Positions 11,400 to 22,161 of a DNA stretch of 64,000 nucleotides are shown here, piece by piece. Source of the stretch: Verrucomicrobiota bacterium (lineage in GTDB: Bacteria > Verrucomicrobiota > Verrucomicrobiia > Opitutales > Seribacteraceae). A model generated the notes under the pieces. That model saw only the letters and a list, made by a program, of their open reading frames with translations, had not been told where the DNA came from and did not search any database. The DNA is taken from positions 32,001-96,000 of the forward strand of contig JAQBYT010000003.1 in NCBI GenBank assembly GCA_027622665.1, written 5' to 3'. Numbering within the stretch: the stretch's first letter is position 1; each line of letters begins with the position of its first letter. A program made the position numbers and the translations under genes.

Positions 11400-13130
11400 C
11401 TAAAAAAGGAAGTAACGTTGAGCTAGAGGCAATTCCTTAGCGGGCTCGCAGCGAAGCTCGACGCCATCGGCCTTGACAATGTAGGTCTCCGGATCGACCT
11501 CGATTTTCGGCAGGGTGTCATTGAGAACCAAGTCGGCCTTGCCAATCGATCGAGTGTCTTTTACAGGGACAAGACGCTTGGCGAGGTCGAGGTGATCGAG
11601 ACCGGCCTCGAACGCGGCTTGGCTAACGAAGGAAACCGATGTGGCGGCCTTGGCTCGCCCATGGGCGGCGAACTGGGGACGGTAGTGCATGGGCTGAGGC
11701 GTGGGGATGGAGGCGTTGGGATCTCCCATGTTGGCGCAGGCGATAAAGCCACCCTTGAGCACGAGCTCGGGCTTGACCCCGAAAAAGGCGGGCTTGAAGA
11801 GAACAAGGTCTGCCAGTTTGCCCACCTCGATAGAACCAAGTTCGTGACCGAGGCCATTTGCAATGGCGGGATTGATCGTGTACTTGGCGATGTAACGAAG
11901 AGCCCGAAAGTTGTCGGCAGCCGGATGGTTGGCGTCTTCCAGTTTGCCGAATTGCTTCTTCATTTTATCGGCAGTCTGCCAAGTGCGACAGAGCACCTCC
12001 CCCACCCTGCCCATGGCCTGACTGTCGCTGGCCATGATGGAAAAGGCTCCGAGGTCGTGCAGGATATCTTCGGCGGCAATGGTCTCGGGGCGAATGCGGG
12101 ATTCGGCGAATGCAACGTCCTCGGGAATCTTGGAATCCAGATGGTGACACACCATGAGCATATCGAGATGCTCGTCGATGGTGTTGACGGTGAAAGGACG
12201 AGTGGGATTGGTGGAAGACGGCAAAACGTTCGCTTCACCGCATACTCGAATGATGTCCGGCGCATGCCCGCCACCGGCTCCCTCGGAGTGAAAAGTATGG
12301 ATGGTTCTACCCTTGAAGGCGGCCATGGAATCCTCGACAAAGCCGGCCTCATTGAGAGTATCGGTGTGAATGGCGACCTGCACGTCCATTTCATCGGCCA
12401 CGCCGAGACAGACGTTGATTGCGGCGGGAGTGGTGCCCCAGTCCTCGTGAAGCTTGAGTCCCATGGCGCCGGCTCGCACCTGTTGACGGAGAGCCTCGGG
12501 AGAAGATGAATTACCTTTACCGAGGAAGCCGAGGTTCATCGGGTATTCCTCGGCCGCCTGTAGCATGCGACCGATGTTCCAGGCGCCGGGTGTACAAGTC
12601 GTGGCGTTTGTACCGGTGGCGGGACCGGTGCCCCCGCCTACCATGGATGTGACCCCGCTTGCCAGAGCTTCCTCTATTTGCTGCGGACAGATAAAGTGGA
12701 CGTGACCGTCGAACCCTCCGGCGGTAAGAATCATCCCCTCCCCCGCGATGACCTCGGTACCGGCGCCTACGACCATGACCGGATCGATGCCGTCTTGGAT
12801 GAGAGGATTGCCACCGTGACCGATACCCGCGATGCGACCGTCCTTCACCCCGACATCCGCCTTGATGACGCCTTGAACGGCGTCGATGATGGTCGCGTTG
12901 GTGATCACGAGATCCAGGCATTCGTCGTCCTCGGCTAGGGGCGACTGCCCCATGCCGTCGCGGATGACCTTGCCGCCACCAAATTTGATTTCGTTGCCGT
13001 AGCCACCGTTCTCGGCAATGAGATCGCGCTCGACCTCGATGAAGAGTTCGGTATCGGCCAGGCGCACTTGGTCGCCCACGGTGGGGCCATAAGTCTCGGC
13101 GTATTGCCTACGTGTAAATTCCAAGCTCAT
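11400..13130 (-). CDS. ureC: Urease subunit alpha
   Basis: [57 protein letters not shown]. Confidence 0.98.
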   Translation of the reverse strand: MSLEFTRRQYAETYGPTVGDQVRLADTELFIEVERDLIAENGGYGNEIKFGGGKVIRDGMGQSPLAEDDECLDLVITNATIIDAVQGVIKADVGVKDGRIAGIGHGGNPLIQDGIDPVMVVGAGTEVIAGEGMILTAGGFDGHVHFICPQQIEEALASGVTSMVGGGTGPATGTNATTCTPGAWNIGRMLQAAEEYPMNLGFLGKGNSSSPEALRQQVRAGAMGLKLHEDWGTTPAAINVCLGVADEMDVQVAIHTDTLNEAGFVEDSMAAFKGRTIHTFHSEGAGGGHAPDIIRVCGEANVLPSSTNPTRPFTVNTIDEHLDMLMVCHHLDSKIPEDVAFAESRIRPETIAAEDILHDLGAFSIMASDSQAMGRVGEVLCRTWQTADKMKKQFGKLEDANHPAADNFRALRYIAKYTINPAIANGLGHELGSIEVGKLADLVLFKPAFFGVKPELVLKGGFIACANMGDPNASIPTPQPMHYRPQFAAHGRAKAATSVSFVSQAAFEAGLDHLDLAKRLVPVKDTRSIGKADLVLNDTLPKIEVDPETYIVKADGVELRCEPAKELPLAQRYFLF

Positions 13131-13450
13131 GATTCGGCGTCAAGGTGACCATCGGTGAGGTTGTTCAATCCGTATACTCGTCGCTCGCCCGCAAGGGCCA
13201 CAAGTTCGATTTCCTTGCTGTCGCCGGGCTCGAAGCGCACGGCCGAACCAGCGGGAATATTAAGCCGAAAACCGCGGGCGGCGCCACGGTCGAAATCAAG
13301 GGCGCGATTGACCTCGAAGAAATGAAAGTGGCTACCCACTTGGATTGGCCTATCCCCCACGTTGCTCACTGCGAGCACTTTGGTCTCGAGCCCCTCGTTG
13401 GCAACCAGCGGAGGTGCATTCTCGGGCACAATGATCTCGCCCGGAATCAT
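13127..13450 (-). CDS. ureB: Urease subunit beta
   Basis: [29 protein letters not shown]. Confidence 0.97.
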   Translation of the reverse strand: MIPGEIIVPENAPPLVANEGLETKVLAVSNVGDRPIQVGSHFHFFEVNRALDFDRGAARGFRLNIPAGSAVRFEPGDSKEIELVALAGERRVYGLNNLTDGHLDAES

Positions 13451-13749
13451 CGGATCGGATTATGGACGGTCACCAGCTTGGTGCCATCGAGGAAGGTAGC
13501 CTCAACTTGCACTTCGGCCATCATCTCGGGCACACCCTCCATGACGTCGTCCCGCTTGAGGATGGTCGACCCGTAGCTCATGAGCTCTGCCACCGACTTA
13601 CCGTCTCGAGCCCCCTCCAGCACTTCGTAGCTCACCAGAGCAACGGACTCCGGATAATTCAGCTTGAGGCCACGCGAACGCCGCCGTTGAGCCAAGTCTG
13701 CGGCTACGACTATCATTAGTTTGTCTTTTTCTCGTGGCGAGAGATGCAT
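13447..13749 (-). CDS. ureA: Urease subunit gamma
   Basis: [33 protein letters not shown]. Confidence 0.97.
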   Translation of the reverse strand: MHLSPREKDKLMIVVAADLAQRRRSRGLKLNYPESVALVSYEVLEGARDGKSVAELMSYGSTILKRDDVMEGVPEMMAEVQVEATFLDGTKLVTVHNPIR

Positions 13750-13811
13750 GAATGGGCGAGGATTGTAGGAAAGACTAGAGGAGATAGAAGAAACTTGGCA
13801 AGCACAGTATC

Positions 13812-14516
13812 CTAGACGCTGAGGTGTCGGCGAACGAGGGAATCGTCCAGCTCGGCAGTGGGACCTTCGGCAACAAAACTCCCGCGGTTCATTACGTGAA
13901 AACTGTCGGCGAACTCGCGTACGAAATCAACGTATTGCTCGACCAACAGTACGGCAAGGTTCCGTTCCTCGACGAGCCTGCGGATGACCTTGCCTATCTC
14001 GGTAATGACGTTTGGCTGGACGCCCTCGGTGGGTTCGTCGAGGACGAGAATCGAAGGGTTCGTTACGAGGGCTCGGGAAATAGCGAGTTGTTGTTGCTGA
14101 CCTCCCGAGAGGTCGCCACCCCGTCGCCGGCGCATTTCCCAGAGGATGGGGAAGATAGTATAGACCTCATCGGGAACGATGGTCTTGCCCGCACCCGCGG
14201 CCTCCAGTCCCACCCTGAGGTTTTCCTCGACCGTAAGTCGTGGAAAGATCTGGCGCCCCTGCGGTACGTAACCGATGCCGGCGGCAGCCCGCTCGTTGGC
14301 GGGTCGGTGAGTGAAGTCCTTGCCGCCGAGCGATATGCTTCCTTTGCTGAGTGTCTCCAATCCCATGACGTTTCGAAGCAAAGTGGTCTTGCCCGCGCCG
14401 TTGCGGCCCATGACGCAAACAATGGTTCCCGCCTCGGCATTCAAATCCAGACCACGCAACACCTGAACCTCCCCGTAAGAAAATTCCAGATCCCTCACCT
14501 CCAGCAAAGCGGTCAT
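13812..14516 (-). CDS. urtE: Urea ABC transporter ATP-binding subunit UrtE
   Basis: [36 protein letters not shown] overlap with the urtD stop. Confidence 0.92.
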   Translation of the reverse strand: MTALLEVRDLEFSYGEVQVLRGLDLNAEAGTIVCVMGRNGAGKTTLLRNVMGLETLSKGSISLGGKDFTHRPANERAAAGIGYVPQGRQIFPRLTVEENLRVGLEAAGAGKTIVPDEVYTIFPILWEMRRRRGGDLSGGQQQQLAISRALVTNPSILVLDEPTEGVQPNVITEIGKVIRRLVEERNLAVLLVEQYVDFVREFADSFHVMNRGSFVAEGPTAELDDSLVRRHLSV

Positions 14517-15361
14517 CGTCCCAGATAGGCCTCCCGCACCAGTTCGTTTTGCTCGACTTCCTCGAGTGGCCCCTCGGCGAGCACCTTGCCCTCGTTGAGG
14601 ACGGTGACTGTCGAATCGAGACGTCGGACGAAGTCCATGTCGTGCTCGATCACCACAATGGTGTGCTCCTTGGCCAACTCGAGGAGAAGCTCGGCCGTCT
14701 GCTCGGTCTCGATGTCGGTCAGACCTGCAGCCGGTTCGTCCACGAGAAGCAACTTGGGTTCGGATATGATCAGGGCGCTTATGGCCAGCCATTGGCGCTG
14801 CCCGTGACTGAGAGACTTCGCAGGGAGGTCGCGCTCATCGATGAGGTGGACGCGCTCGAGTATGCGATGAATGTTCTCGCGCTCGGCCTTGGTCTCGCCA
14901 CGGAAAAGATTCCCGCGCCACCCTTGGTTGCCCGGCAAGCCCAACATGAGGTTCTCGTAGGTGGTGAGACTGTCGAATACGGTGGGGGTCTGAAATTTGC
15001 GACCGATCCCCATGAGGGCGATGTCGGACTCCGATTTGCTGGTAATTTCCTCCCCATCGAAGAATACCCGACCGGTGGTCGGATTGGTCTTCCCGCTCAC
15101 GAGGTCGCAGAAGGTGGTCTTGCCCGCGCCGTTGGGGCCGATGACAACACGGACCTTTCCGGTCTCGATGCCCAGCATGGGCACGTCGACGGCGGTAAAG
15201 CCATCGAACACGGCGGTAAGATCCTCGACGAAGAGCATATAGCGCTTCGCCCAGACGTCGCGATTCACCTGCGTGGGCCGGAAGTCGACGTACTTGGCCA
15301 AGGCCTCTTTGGAGGCGTTCTCCAGAGCCTCGACCGATTCCTTCTCCTTGATCGCCCTCAT
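14513..15361 (-). CDS. urtD: Urea ABC transporter ATP-binding subunit UrtD
   Basis: GPNGAGKT, GIGRKFQTP, LSHGQRQW, EAYLGR; ATGA overlap with the urtC stop. Confidence 0.92.
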   Translation of the reverse strand: MRAIKEKESVEALENASKEALAKYVDFRPTQVNRDVWAKRYMLFVEDLTAVFDGFTAVDVPMLGIETGKVRVVIGPNGAGKTTFCDLVSGKTNPTTGRVFFDGEEITSKSESDIALMGIGRKFQTPTVFDSLTTYENLMLGLPGNQGWRGNLFRGETKAERENIHRILERVHLIDERDLPAKSLSHGQRQWLAISALIISEPKLLLVDEPAAGLTDIETEQTAELLLELAKEHTIVVIEHDMDFVRRLDSTVTVLNEGKVLAEGPLEEVEQNELVREAYLGR

Positions 15362-16581
15362 GCCTGTTCCCTTGGTTTGCGAGCGGATCGCAGGTGAGAG
15401 AGTTTCTGGCGAAGGCTCATTAGTCCCTGTGGCAAGAAAAGCACGACAGCGATGAACAGACCACCGAGAATGAATTGCCAATAATCCGCCTTCCAAGTGA
15501 AGAAAAAGAAATCGTGCTCGGAAGTGAAGTAATTGTAGAGCAGGTTGACCGTGAGGGCTCCGAGGATGGCTCCCGACAAGGTGCCTCGCCCACCCACAGC
15601 GACCCACACCACGATGAGGATGGACTTCACCGCCTCCATGTCGGCGGGCGTGGTGATCTTCATCTGGGGAGCATAAAGCATACCTGCCAGACCCGCGAGA
15701 GCTGCAGCCACGCAGAAGGCGAAGAGCTTGTAGACGTACGGACGGTAGCCGAAGAAGCGGAGCGTACTCTCGTCGTCGCGGATGGCCACCAGCACGCGAC
15801 CGAGACGGGATCGCACGATCCAGCGACACAGGAAATAGGATGCGAAGAGGGCCGCTACCGTAACGAGATAGAGCGCGAGTTGAACATTCGGTTCGGCGAG
15901 AGAGAACCCGGCATCGGAAGCGTAAGAACCTGAGTTGGACGGTGAAAAGGTAAAGATCGACTCGGATCCCGCGATCTTGTCGAACCGGGTCAACCCATTG
16001 GTACCGCACAGTTTCACGTCGTTGCGGCAAAAAACTAGCCATCCAGCCACCGCTATAGCCTGAGAGAGAATGGCGAAGTAGACGCCTTTCACGCGGCTAC
16101 GGAAAACGAAGTAGCCGAGTGCAAAGGCCGCCACCGCTGGTATGACGAGTCCGAGCAGAATGGTCAGAGGCAGGTTCCAAAAGGGTTTCCAAAACCAAGG
16201 GACAAGGGCGTCGCCCGGAGCTTCCCCCACCTCATAGGGATACACGACGTATAGGCAGGCGGGCAGTTTCCAACCATTGGCATCCACAATGCCCTCGGGA
16301 CCGCCATGATGGGCGAGATACATTCCCATTGCATAGGAGCCAAGGCAGAAGAAGGTAGCTTGGCACAAGCTAAGGATGCCCACGTACCCCCAGAGCAAAT
16401 CAAGCCCGACCGCAACGATGGCGTAGGTCATGTAGCGACCGAGCATGTTGACCGTCTCGATGGATATGGCCCCCATAAAGTAAAGCGCCGGAATAACGAC
16501 CAAACCCAAAAGCGCCAACAATTGGACGGCCTTCATCGACCTCATGTTTTCCATCCCCAAAATGGGTTTCCCTTCAGTCAT
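15358..16581 (-). CDS. urtC: Urea ABC transporter permease UrtC
   Basis: LLWGYVGILSL, RSRVKGVYF, AIRDDE, VAVGGRGTL. Confidence 0.92.
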   Translation of the reverse strand: MTEGKPILGMENMRSMKAVQLLALLGLVVIPALYFMGAISIETVNMLGRYMTYAIVAVGLDLLWGYVGILSLCQATFFCLGSYAMGMYLAHHGGPEGIVDANGWKLPACLYVVYPYEVGEAPGDALVPWFWKPFWNLPLTILLGLVIPAVAAFALGYFVFRSRVKGVYFAILSQAIAVAGWLVFCRNDVKLCGTNGLTRFDKIAGSESIFTFSPSNSGSYASDAGFSLAEPNVQLALYLVTVAALFASYFLCRWIVRSRLGRVLVAIRDDESTLRFFGYRPYVYKLFAFCVAAALAGLAGMLYAPQMKITTPADMEAVKSILIVVWVAVGGRGTLSGAILGALTVNLLYNYFTSEHDFFFFTWKADYWQFILGGLFIAVVLFLPQGLMSLRQKLSHLRSARKPREQA

Positions 16582-18349
16582 CCGCAGACCTCCCCTTGGG
16601 TGCGAAAAGTCCCGATGGTCGGAACTGGATGAAGGCCACAATGAGAATCAACAGGACGACCTTGGCCCAAACGGGCCCCACGAGGAAGTCCCCGAACTCG
16701 ATAGGCTCTATCGTCTTGGTGATAACCCCGATCCCCAATCCCGAGCAGATTACTCCCGCCAATTCGCCGACTCCACCCGCAACTACCACGAGGAAGGAAT
16801 CCACGATGAAGTTGGTCTGGCCCATGTCGGGAGTGACCCCACCGATGATGGTCCAACCGTAACCCGCTACGCCCGCAATGCCCGAACCAAGGGCGAAAGT
16901 GAAGCGGTCGACGTTGCGCGTTCTCACGCCGAGGCTCTCAGCCATGTCGCGGTTCTGCATGGTGGCCCGCATCAACATTCCCTGCTTCGTTCGTTGCATA
17001 ATAAAATAAACGAAGCCCACGCAGGCAGCGCAGAGCCCAAGCAGGTAAAGCCGGGCGTAAGGCAGGATGACGTCTTGCGTCACCTCCCAGCCACCACGGG
17101 CCCAAGTAGGCGCGTTCACGCCGATATTGTCTCCGTAGATCACCCGGGCCAACTGGATGAGGATGAGTCCCACCCCCCAAGTCGCCAGCAAGGACTCCAG
17201 GGGACGATTATAAAGGTGACGCACAACGAGCCACTCCATGATCAATCCGACGAAAGCCGCCACAAGGAAGGCCGCGGGCAAGGCGGCAAGGTAGTAACCA
17301 TCAACCGGATTGTCGGGCGTGTGCCCAAAAGCCAGTTGCATCTCGTAAGTGACGTAAGCCCCGATCATCATCAATTCGCCGTGGGCCATGTTGATCACCC
17401 CCATCAAGCCGAAGGTGATGGCGAGGCCCAAAGCCATAAGTATAAGCACGGATCCGTAGGAGATTCCTCGAAAGGCGTTGCCCACACGATCGACAAAGGC
17501 TTGGTGTCCCTCGATACGTTTGATCGCCGCCTCGCAAACTTTTGTTGCTTCCACTCGATCTTCGGAGGAGACATCGGCGAACTCCTCTTCGCCCTGTTGC
17601 ATTTTCTTGAGAAAATCCCCCACACGCGGCAAAGCCCTGATGCTCTCGATTTCAGACAGTTGGCGAATCGCCTCCACACGGTCGGCAAAGGTGGAGTCGG
17701 GAGCCTTCGCCACCAAGCGGACGAGAAGGATGCTCTCGTTGGCCACCCAGCGGATCTTCGGATCTTCGTCCGTTTCGGCAATTTCCTTCAGAAAAGGCAA
17801 GGCGTCCGCAATATAGGGCGGGTCGCCACACTTCATTACCCCGGACATACGGGTATCAAAGTCAGGCGAGAAAAGGCGAAGGAGAAACTTCGAGGCATTG
17901 ACGAGCTTCCGCAGCTTGCGTCCGGGGCTGATGTCCTCGAGGTCGAAGACGTCCGGCTTGGGCTGCTTGCCGGCAATGATAATTGCCTTGCCCGTGAGGG
18001 GGTCAAACAGGTGTGCGAACTCGTTGAGGTCGTCGTCCTTCCCGGTCTGCTCGTTCACCACAATGCGGACGTTTCCATCCTCATCCGGCCAGTTGTAGAC
18101 GCTGCCTTGGCGATACAACTCGAAGAAACGCGCTAGGCGCAGGTCACCCGTCTTGGCCAACCGCTTGACCGTTTCCTCGATCAGGTCGTCGTCACCCGAT
18201 GCCAAGTCTGGCAAGAGGGCAAGGATGTCCTCGTCGGTGGCGACGTCCGGAGGCGCCGATTCCTTGTCCGTGGCGTTCGTCTCCCCTTGCCCCCAGGCAA
18301 CGCATACGGCGAAAAGGGAACCAAACAGCAATACCGCTATGCTCTTCAA
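16574..18349 (-). CDS. urtB: Urea ABC transporter permease UrtB with long N-terminal periplasmic domain
   Basis: ALGLAITFGLMGVINMAHGE, LLATWGV, FIQFRPSGLF. Start placed at the TTG downstream of the 18376-18406 hairpin (uncertain). Confidence 0.9.
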   Translation of the reverse strand: MKSIAVLLFGSLFAVCVAWGQGETNATDKESAPPDVATDEDILALLPDLASGDDDLIEETVKRLAKTGDLRLARFFELYRQGSVYNWPDEDGNVRIVVNEQTGKDDDLNEFAHLFDPLTGKAIIIAGKQPKPDVFDLEDISPGRKLRKLVNASKFLLRLFSPDFDTRMSGVMKCGDPPYIADALPFLKEIAETDEDPKIRWVANESILLVRLVAKAPDSTFADRVEAIRQLSEIESIRALPRVGDFLKKMQQGEEEFADVSSEDRVEATKVCEAAIKRIEGHQAFVDRVGNAFRGISYGSVLILMALGLAITFGLMGVINMAHGELMMIGAYVTYEMQLAFGHTPDNPVDGYYLAALPAAFLVAAFVGLIMEWLVVRHLYNRPLESLLATWGVGLILIQLARVIYGDNIGVNAPTWARGGWEVTQDVILPYARLYLLGLCAACVGFVYFIMQRTKQGMLMRATMQNRDMAESLGVRTRNVDRFTFALGSGIAGVAGYGWTIIGGVTPDMGQTNFIVDSFLVVVAGGVGELAGVICSGLGIGVITKTIEPIEFGDFLVGPVWAKVVLLILIVAFIQFRPSGLFAPKGRSADD

Positions 18350-18375
18350 AAAAATTCTTGCAGTTAATAATAGAA

Positions 18376-18406
18376 CGGATCCGGCCGTGTAAAACGACCG
18401 GATCCG
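18376..18406 (-). terminator. Intra-operon hairpin after urtA (attenuator or mRNA stabiliser)
   Basis: Minus strand CGGATCCGGTCGT-TTTAC-ACGGCCGGATCCG followed by TTCTATTATT. Confidence 0.6.
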
Positions 18407-18435
18407 GCCCAAAAGGTTAAAAAGTATGACTTGGC

Positions 18436-19704
18436 TCAGAGTGTACCGTCGCCGTTCGGGCCTCCCGTAGGCTTGGGGACATTGCCCTCCGTGTGCAAGT
18501 ACGAACTATAGGAATCGGGCGTCACGAGCCCGTCGCTTTTCCACACGATCTTGAACTGACCGTCCTTCCGTATTTCACCCACGTACACGGGTTTAAGCGT
18601 GTGCTGGTTGCTCGGATGCATGCTCTTCTTGCCGCCGGGGGCGTCGAACTTGAGCCCGTAGACGGCTTTGCGCACCTTGTCCACCTCGAAGGACTTGGCT
18701 TTCTCAACGGCGGCCTTCCAGACGTAGACGCCGAAGTAGGCGGCCTCGATCGGATCATCGGTTACCCGCTTGGTGCCACCGGGCAGTCCCTTGGCCTTGC
18801 AATACTTCTTGAAAGCCTTCACGAAGGCGGCGTTATCCTTGGACTTTATGCTCTGGTAGTAGTTCCAACAGGCAAGATGCCCCACCAAAGGGGGAACGTC
18901 CATGGCCCGCAGTTCGTCCTCGGCCACGGAGAAGGCCATTATCGGGCAGTCGTCGGAAGTGAGGCCCTGGTTGGCGAACTCCTTGTAGAACGGCACGTTG
19001 CTGTCGCCGTTGATGGTAGAAAGGACGCAAGCGTCGCCACTGGCGGCGAACTTCTTGATCTTCGCCACAATGGTCTGGTAGTCCTGATGGTGAAACGGCG
19101 TGTATTCCTCGATCACGTTCGCGTCGGGCACGCCCTTGGACTTAAGGAAGGCTTTCAGCACCTTGTTGGCGGTACGCGGGAAGACGTAGTCCGTACCGAG
19201 AAGGTAGAACTTCTTGGCATCCAACTCATCCATCATGTATTCCGTCGCGGGCACCAGTTGCTGGTTCGGCGTGGCGGCCGTGTAGAAGACGTTGAGCGAT
19301 TGCTCCTCGCCTTCGTACTGCACGGGATAGAAAAGCAACCCGTTGTGTTCCTCGAACACGGGCAGGCAGGATTTGCGACTGACCGAGGTCCAGCAACCGA
19401 AGGTGACGCTCACCTTGTCCTCGGTAAGCAACTGCTTCGCTTTTTCCGCGAAGAGCGGCCAATTGGAGGCGGGATCGACGACGACGGTCTCGATCTTCTT
19501 GCCCAGCACGCCGCCGCCGGCGTTGATTTCGTCGACCGCCATCAGGACCACGTCCCGAAGAGAGGTCTCCGAAATGGCCATGGTACCGCTCAAAGAATGG
19601 AGCACACCGACTTTTACTTTCTCTTGAGCCTGCAGGGCCCCTGCGCCGACTGTCGCGGCAGCGAGGAGAGCCAAGAGGCTTTTGCTAAACTTGATTTTTT
19701 TCAT
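18436..19704 (-). CDS. urtA: Urea ABC transporter substrate-binding protein UrtA
   Basis: Signal peptide; VGVLHSLSGTMAISE, GCWTSVSRK, YPVQYEGEE, DYVFPRT, TINGDSN. Confidence 0.95.
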   Translation of the reverse strand: MKKIKFSKSLLALLAAATVGAGALQAQEKVKVGVLHSLSGTMAISETSLRDVVLMAVDEINAGGGVLGKKIETVVVDPASNWPLFAEKAKQLLTEDKVSVTFGCWTSVSRKSCLPVFEEHNGLLFYPVQYEGEEQSLNVFYTAATPNQQLVPATEYMMDELDAKKFYLLGTDYVFPRTANKVLKAFLKSKGVPDANVIEEYTPFHHQDYQTIVAKIKKFAASGDACVLSTINGDSNVPFYKEFANQGLTSDDCPIMAFSVAEDELRAMDVPPLVGHLACWNYYQSIKSKDNAAFVKAFKKYCKAKGLPGGTKRVTDDPIEAAYFGVYVWKAAVEKAKSFEVDKVRKAVYGLKFDAPGGKKSMHPSNQHTLKPVYVGEIRKDGQFKIVWKSDGLVTPDSYSSYLHTEGNVPKPTGGPNGDGTL

Positions 19705-19880
19705 TATTGGATTCTGGTATGGATTGTTTGGTGGATTGGAAATGCCCACGAGCGGGCAAGTGTTATTAATTATGGAAAGGACAAAATTTCAGCGTATCAG
19801 GCATCGAGTCGACCGTCCGAAAAGCTTGAGGAAGAAGGTCCCGGCAAGGTGTTCATCGACTGTCGTTCATTCATTTCTAG

Positions 19881-19913
19881 AATAATCGGGAATAATCGGG
19901 GTGAATAATCGGG
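19881..19913. repeat. Three direct copies of AATAATCGGG
   Basis: Copies start at 19881, 19891 and 19904; the last overlaps the hairpin arm. Confidence 0.85.
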
Positions 19914-19937
19914 GGGAAGCGGAAGCCTCCCCCCGAT
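19908..19937 (-). terminator. GC-rich hairpin between porin and urtA
   Basis: ATCGGGGGGAAGC-GGAA-GCCTCCCCCCGAT inverted repeat; minus-strand tail TATTC is a weak U-tract. Confidence 0.6.
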
Positions 19938-19987
19938 CAACAAACTACTCTAGACTGAAACAAAGGTAAGGAATTCTCGAATCGGGT

Positions 19988-20893
19988 TCAGAAGGTGTAG
20001 AGGAGCTCGATTCCGAAATAGTCCTCGTCGCCTCCCGCCACTGAGGAATCTTGGGCGCTGTACTCGAGCACACCGAGCAGATCTTCGCTTATGGCGTAGT
20101 TAGGAGAGATCGTGAGCTTATCGTAGTCCGTGGTGCCAATTTTCTCTTCCGAGTAGCGCAAGGTGAGTCCAAGACTGTCGTTTACCGTATAGGCGCCCAT
20201 CACGAGAAATCCCTTGATGTCGTCGCCGATGTCGTTGTCTTTTTCGGCATGTTCGACCGCCACAAGCAAATCCCCATAGGTATAACTAGCCCAGTAGTTT
20301 TCGACATCGTAGGTAGGAGCATCGGCAAAGATAGCCTTCACCGTAAGGTTTTCAACTCCAGTAAAGGCGAAGGCGTACTCGAAACCAGTGTCTTCTTCAG
20401 CATCGGCCGGGTCCGCTTCAACAAAATGAGCAAAACCCGAAACGCTGAACATATCGTTCGCATAACTCGCCGAGATGCCATCTCGATAGGCGTCGTATAT
20501 GTCTTGCACGCCACCACTGTGATCGTAGGCGTAGCTGATTTGGTACATGTTGATCGGGTCGTAGGCTTCGAAACCGACGAAGGACAACTGGCGCCCGGCC
20601 GAGAGGCTGAAACCATTTCCGGGAGCATAAGTGACGACTGCCTCCTCCAAGGTTGTACCAGCTGAAGTGAAATCAACATCTACGGAAAATGTCACGGGAC
20701 CGGAATCGAAGTCCAGATCGAGTTCCACTTGAGAAGTTTCGAAGGAATTGTCCTTGTCCTTGTGACCATACACAAGATCGGCGAATCCGCTTAATTCGAT
20801 TCCGCTGCCCGTGGGCCCGATTTCGACAGCCGAAAGGCTCGTTACAGTGTAAATAGCCGCCAACGAGGCGCCCAGTTTCATTCGTTTGTTCAT
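19988..20893 (-). CDS. Outer-membrane beta-barrel porin
   Basis: Signal peptide, ELSGFAD N-terminal strand, GFEAYDP, amphipathic strands, C-terminal ELLYTF. Alternative start 20926. Confidence 0.8.
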   Translation of the reverse strand: MNKRMKLGASLAAIYTVTSLSAVEIGPTGSGIELSGFADLVYGHKDKDNSFETSQVELDLDFDSGPVTFSVDVDFTSAGTTLEEAVVTYAPGNGFSLSAGRQLSFVGFEAYDPINMYQISYAYDHSGGVQDIYDAYRDGISASYANDMFSVSGFAHFVEADPADAEEDTGFEYAFAFTGVENLTVKAIFADAPTYDVENYWASYTYGDLLVAVEHAEKDNDIGDDIKGFLVMGAYTVNDSLGLTLRYSEEKIGTTDYDKLTISPNYAISEDLLGVLEYSAQDSSVAGGDEDYFGIELLYTF

Positions 20894-20969
20894 GGTGATG
20901 TTTTGGTGTTGTTCTAGTTTGTTCATCGAAATTCTCGCGACATGCGAAATTCCTATGCACAAGACCTCT

Positions 20970-20986
20970 TGCAACAACCGCGCCAA
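20970..20986 (-). promoter_or_regulatory. Sigma54 (-24/-12) promoter
   Basis: TTGGCGCGGTTGTTGCA: GG-N10-GC spacing, close to the TGGCAC-N5-TTGC consensus, upstream of the porin-urt-ure cluster. Confidence 0.72.
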
Positions 20987-21117
20987 CCCATCCAAACTCC
21001 TCGAAGTTGTACACTTGGCGCCCATCTAAATATTCATCCCATTGAGAAATTTCGCTCATACTAGGAACGATGCGGCAGCCGATCGTCACCGGAATGGCTA
21101 TCGCAACAGGCGAAAAA

Positions 21118-21957
21118 CTAGGTCGCGAGGGAAGACCGAACCTGCTCCGCGAGGGCATCGAGGAATTGTCGGTCGCCCCAGTACTCCCCGTGACAAAGAG
21201 GGTTCCAACCACGGACAACGGCGCCGCCCAAGCCGGCTGCGGCGTTGATTTCGATGTCATCGGCAACAGCTTCGGCATAGGAAGGCCCAAGGGGTTGGAG
21301 AGGCCAACCGAAGGGATCGTCGCGATCGTAGAAATTGAGCCAACGGAAGTCGTAACCGTTCCCACTTGTGCCAACGGCTTGAATTTCCTCGGGAGACAAT
21401 CCCGCCACGAAAATGGGGATATTGCACCCCGTGGTGAAGAAAGCCTCAAGTGTCTTGAGTCGACGAAAATCGTCCTCGATCGTACCTTCCGACGCCTTGC
21501 CCTTCCATATGCCTTGGCGAGGATGTTCCTGTTGACTATCCCAAAGGTAGTTGGAAATGACTTGGCAACCCAGCGACTGGGCCACGATTACAACGGGTTT
21601 GGCGGGGTCGCCAAGGGCAACGGCGCAACGATCGAGAGCGTCCCCAATAATACCTTGAGCCAATTCGTAGGGGCTACCGTCCTCGTGTGGGCGACGCTCC
21701 AGTCCCGCAGCATCGGAAAATCCGAAGAGGAGAAATTTCCGCAAAGCGATGAAATCAATTTTGCGCGAACGCATGGCTTCAAAGACGGCATCCTGATTGC
21801 CCTGCAGGATTGGCTGATAGTGGACGACGTCGAAGTGGAGAGATTCACGTTCGGACGGCTGCAGGCGTTTCTCGAGTCCGGACCGCAAGTCATCGGCAAA
21901 ATCAGACTTGGTTTCTCCCATGCCGTGGACGGCAATGACGGCGAGCTTTTTACTCAT
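21118..21957 (-). CDS. Hypothetical alpha/beta-hydrolase-like protein
   Basis: AVHGMG, VIVAQSLG nucleophile-elbow-like motif, WLNFYDRDD, terminal HGEYW. Confidence 0.65.
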   Translation of the reverse strand: MSKKLAVIAVHGMGETKSDFADDLRSGLEKRLQPSERESLHFDVVHYQPILQGNQDAVFEAMRSRKIDFIALRKFLLFGFSDAAGLERRPHEDGSPYELAQGIIGDALDRCAVALGDPAKPVVIVAQSLGCQVISNYLWDSQQEHPRQGIWKGKASEGTIEDDFRRLKTLEAFFTTGCNIPIFVAGLSPEEIQAVGTSGNGYDFRWLNFYDRDDPFGWPLQPLGPSYAEAVADDIEINAAAGLGGAVVRGWNPLCHGEYWGDRQFLDALAEQVRSSLAT

Positions 21958-22161
21958 GAGAAGAGTTGAAGACCTATGCTACAAAACATAGGTGCGTTTA
22001 CGGCAATAATCGAGTGGACTTCTTTTCGGGAAACTCTTGGGCGTTGAGACTCACGCCCGACAATAAGAAGGCAAATCACTTTACCTTGAGTTTCGACAAA
22101 CATGGGACGGGATACCTCACGGCACGCAAAATTGCCCCGGGAGGAAGTGCAGGGACTCCAC

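Noticed and set aside
16544..18136. 530-aa plus-strand ORF
   Set aside because: Antisense shadow of urtB; no motifs, expected with GC-rich codon bias.
18493..19908. 471-aa plus-strand ORF
   Set aside because: Antisense shadow of urtA.
21070..21969. 299-aa plus-strand ORF
   Set aside because: Antisense to 21118..21957, which carries the hydrolase-like motifs.
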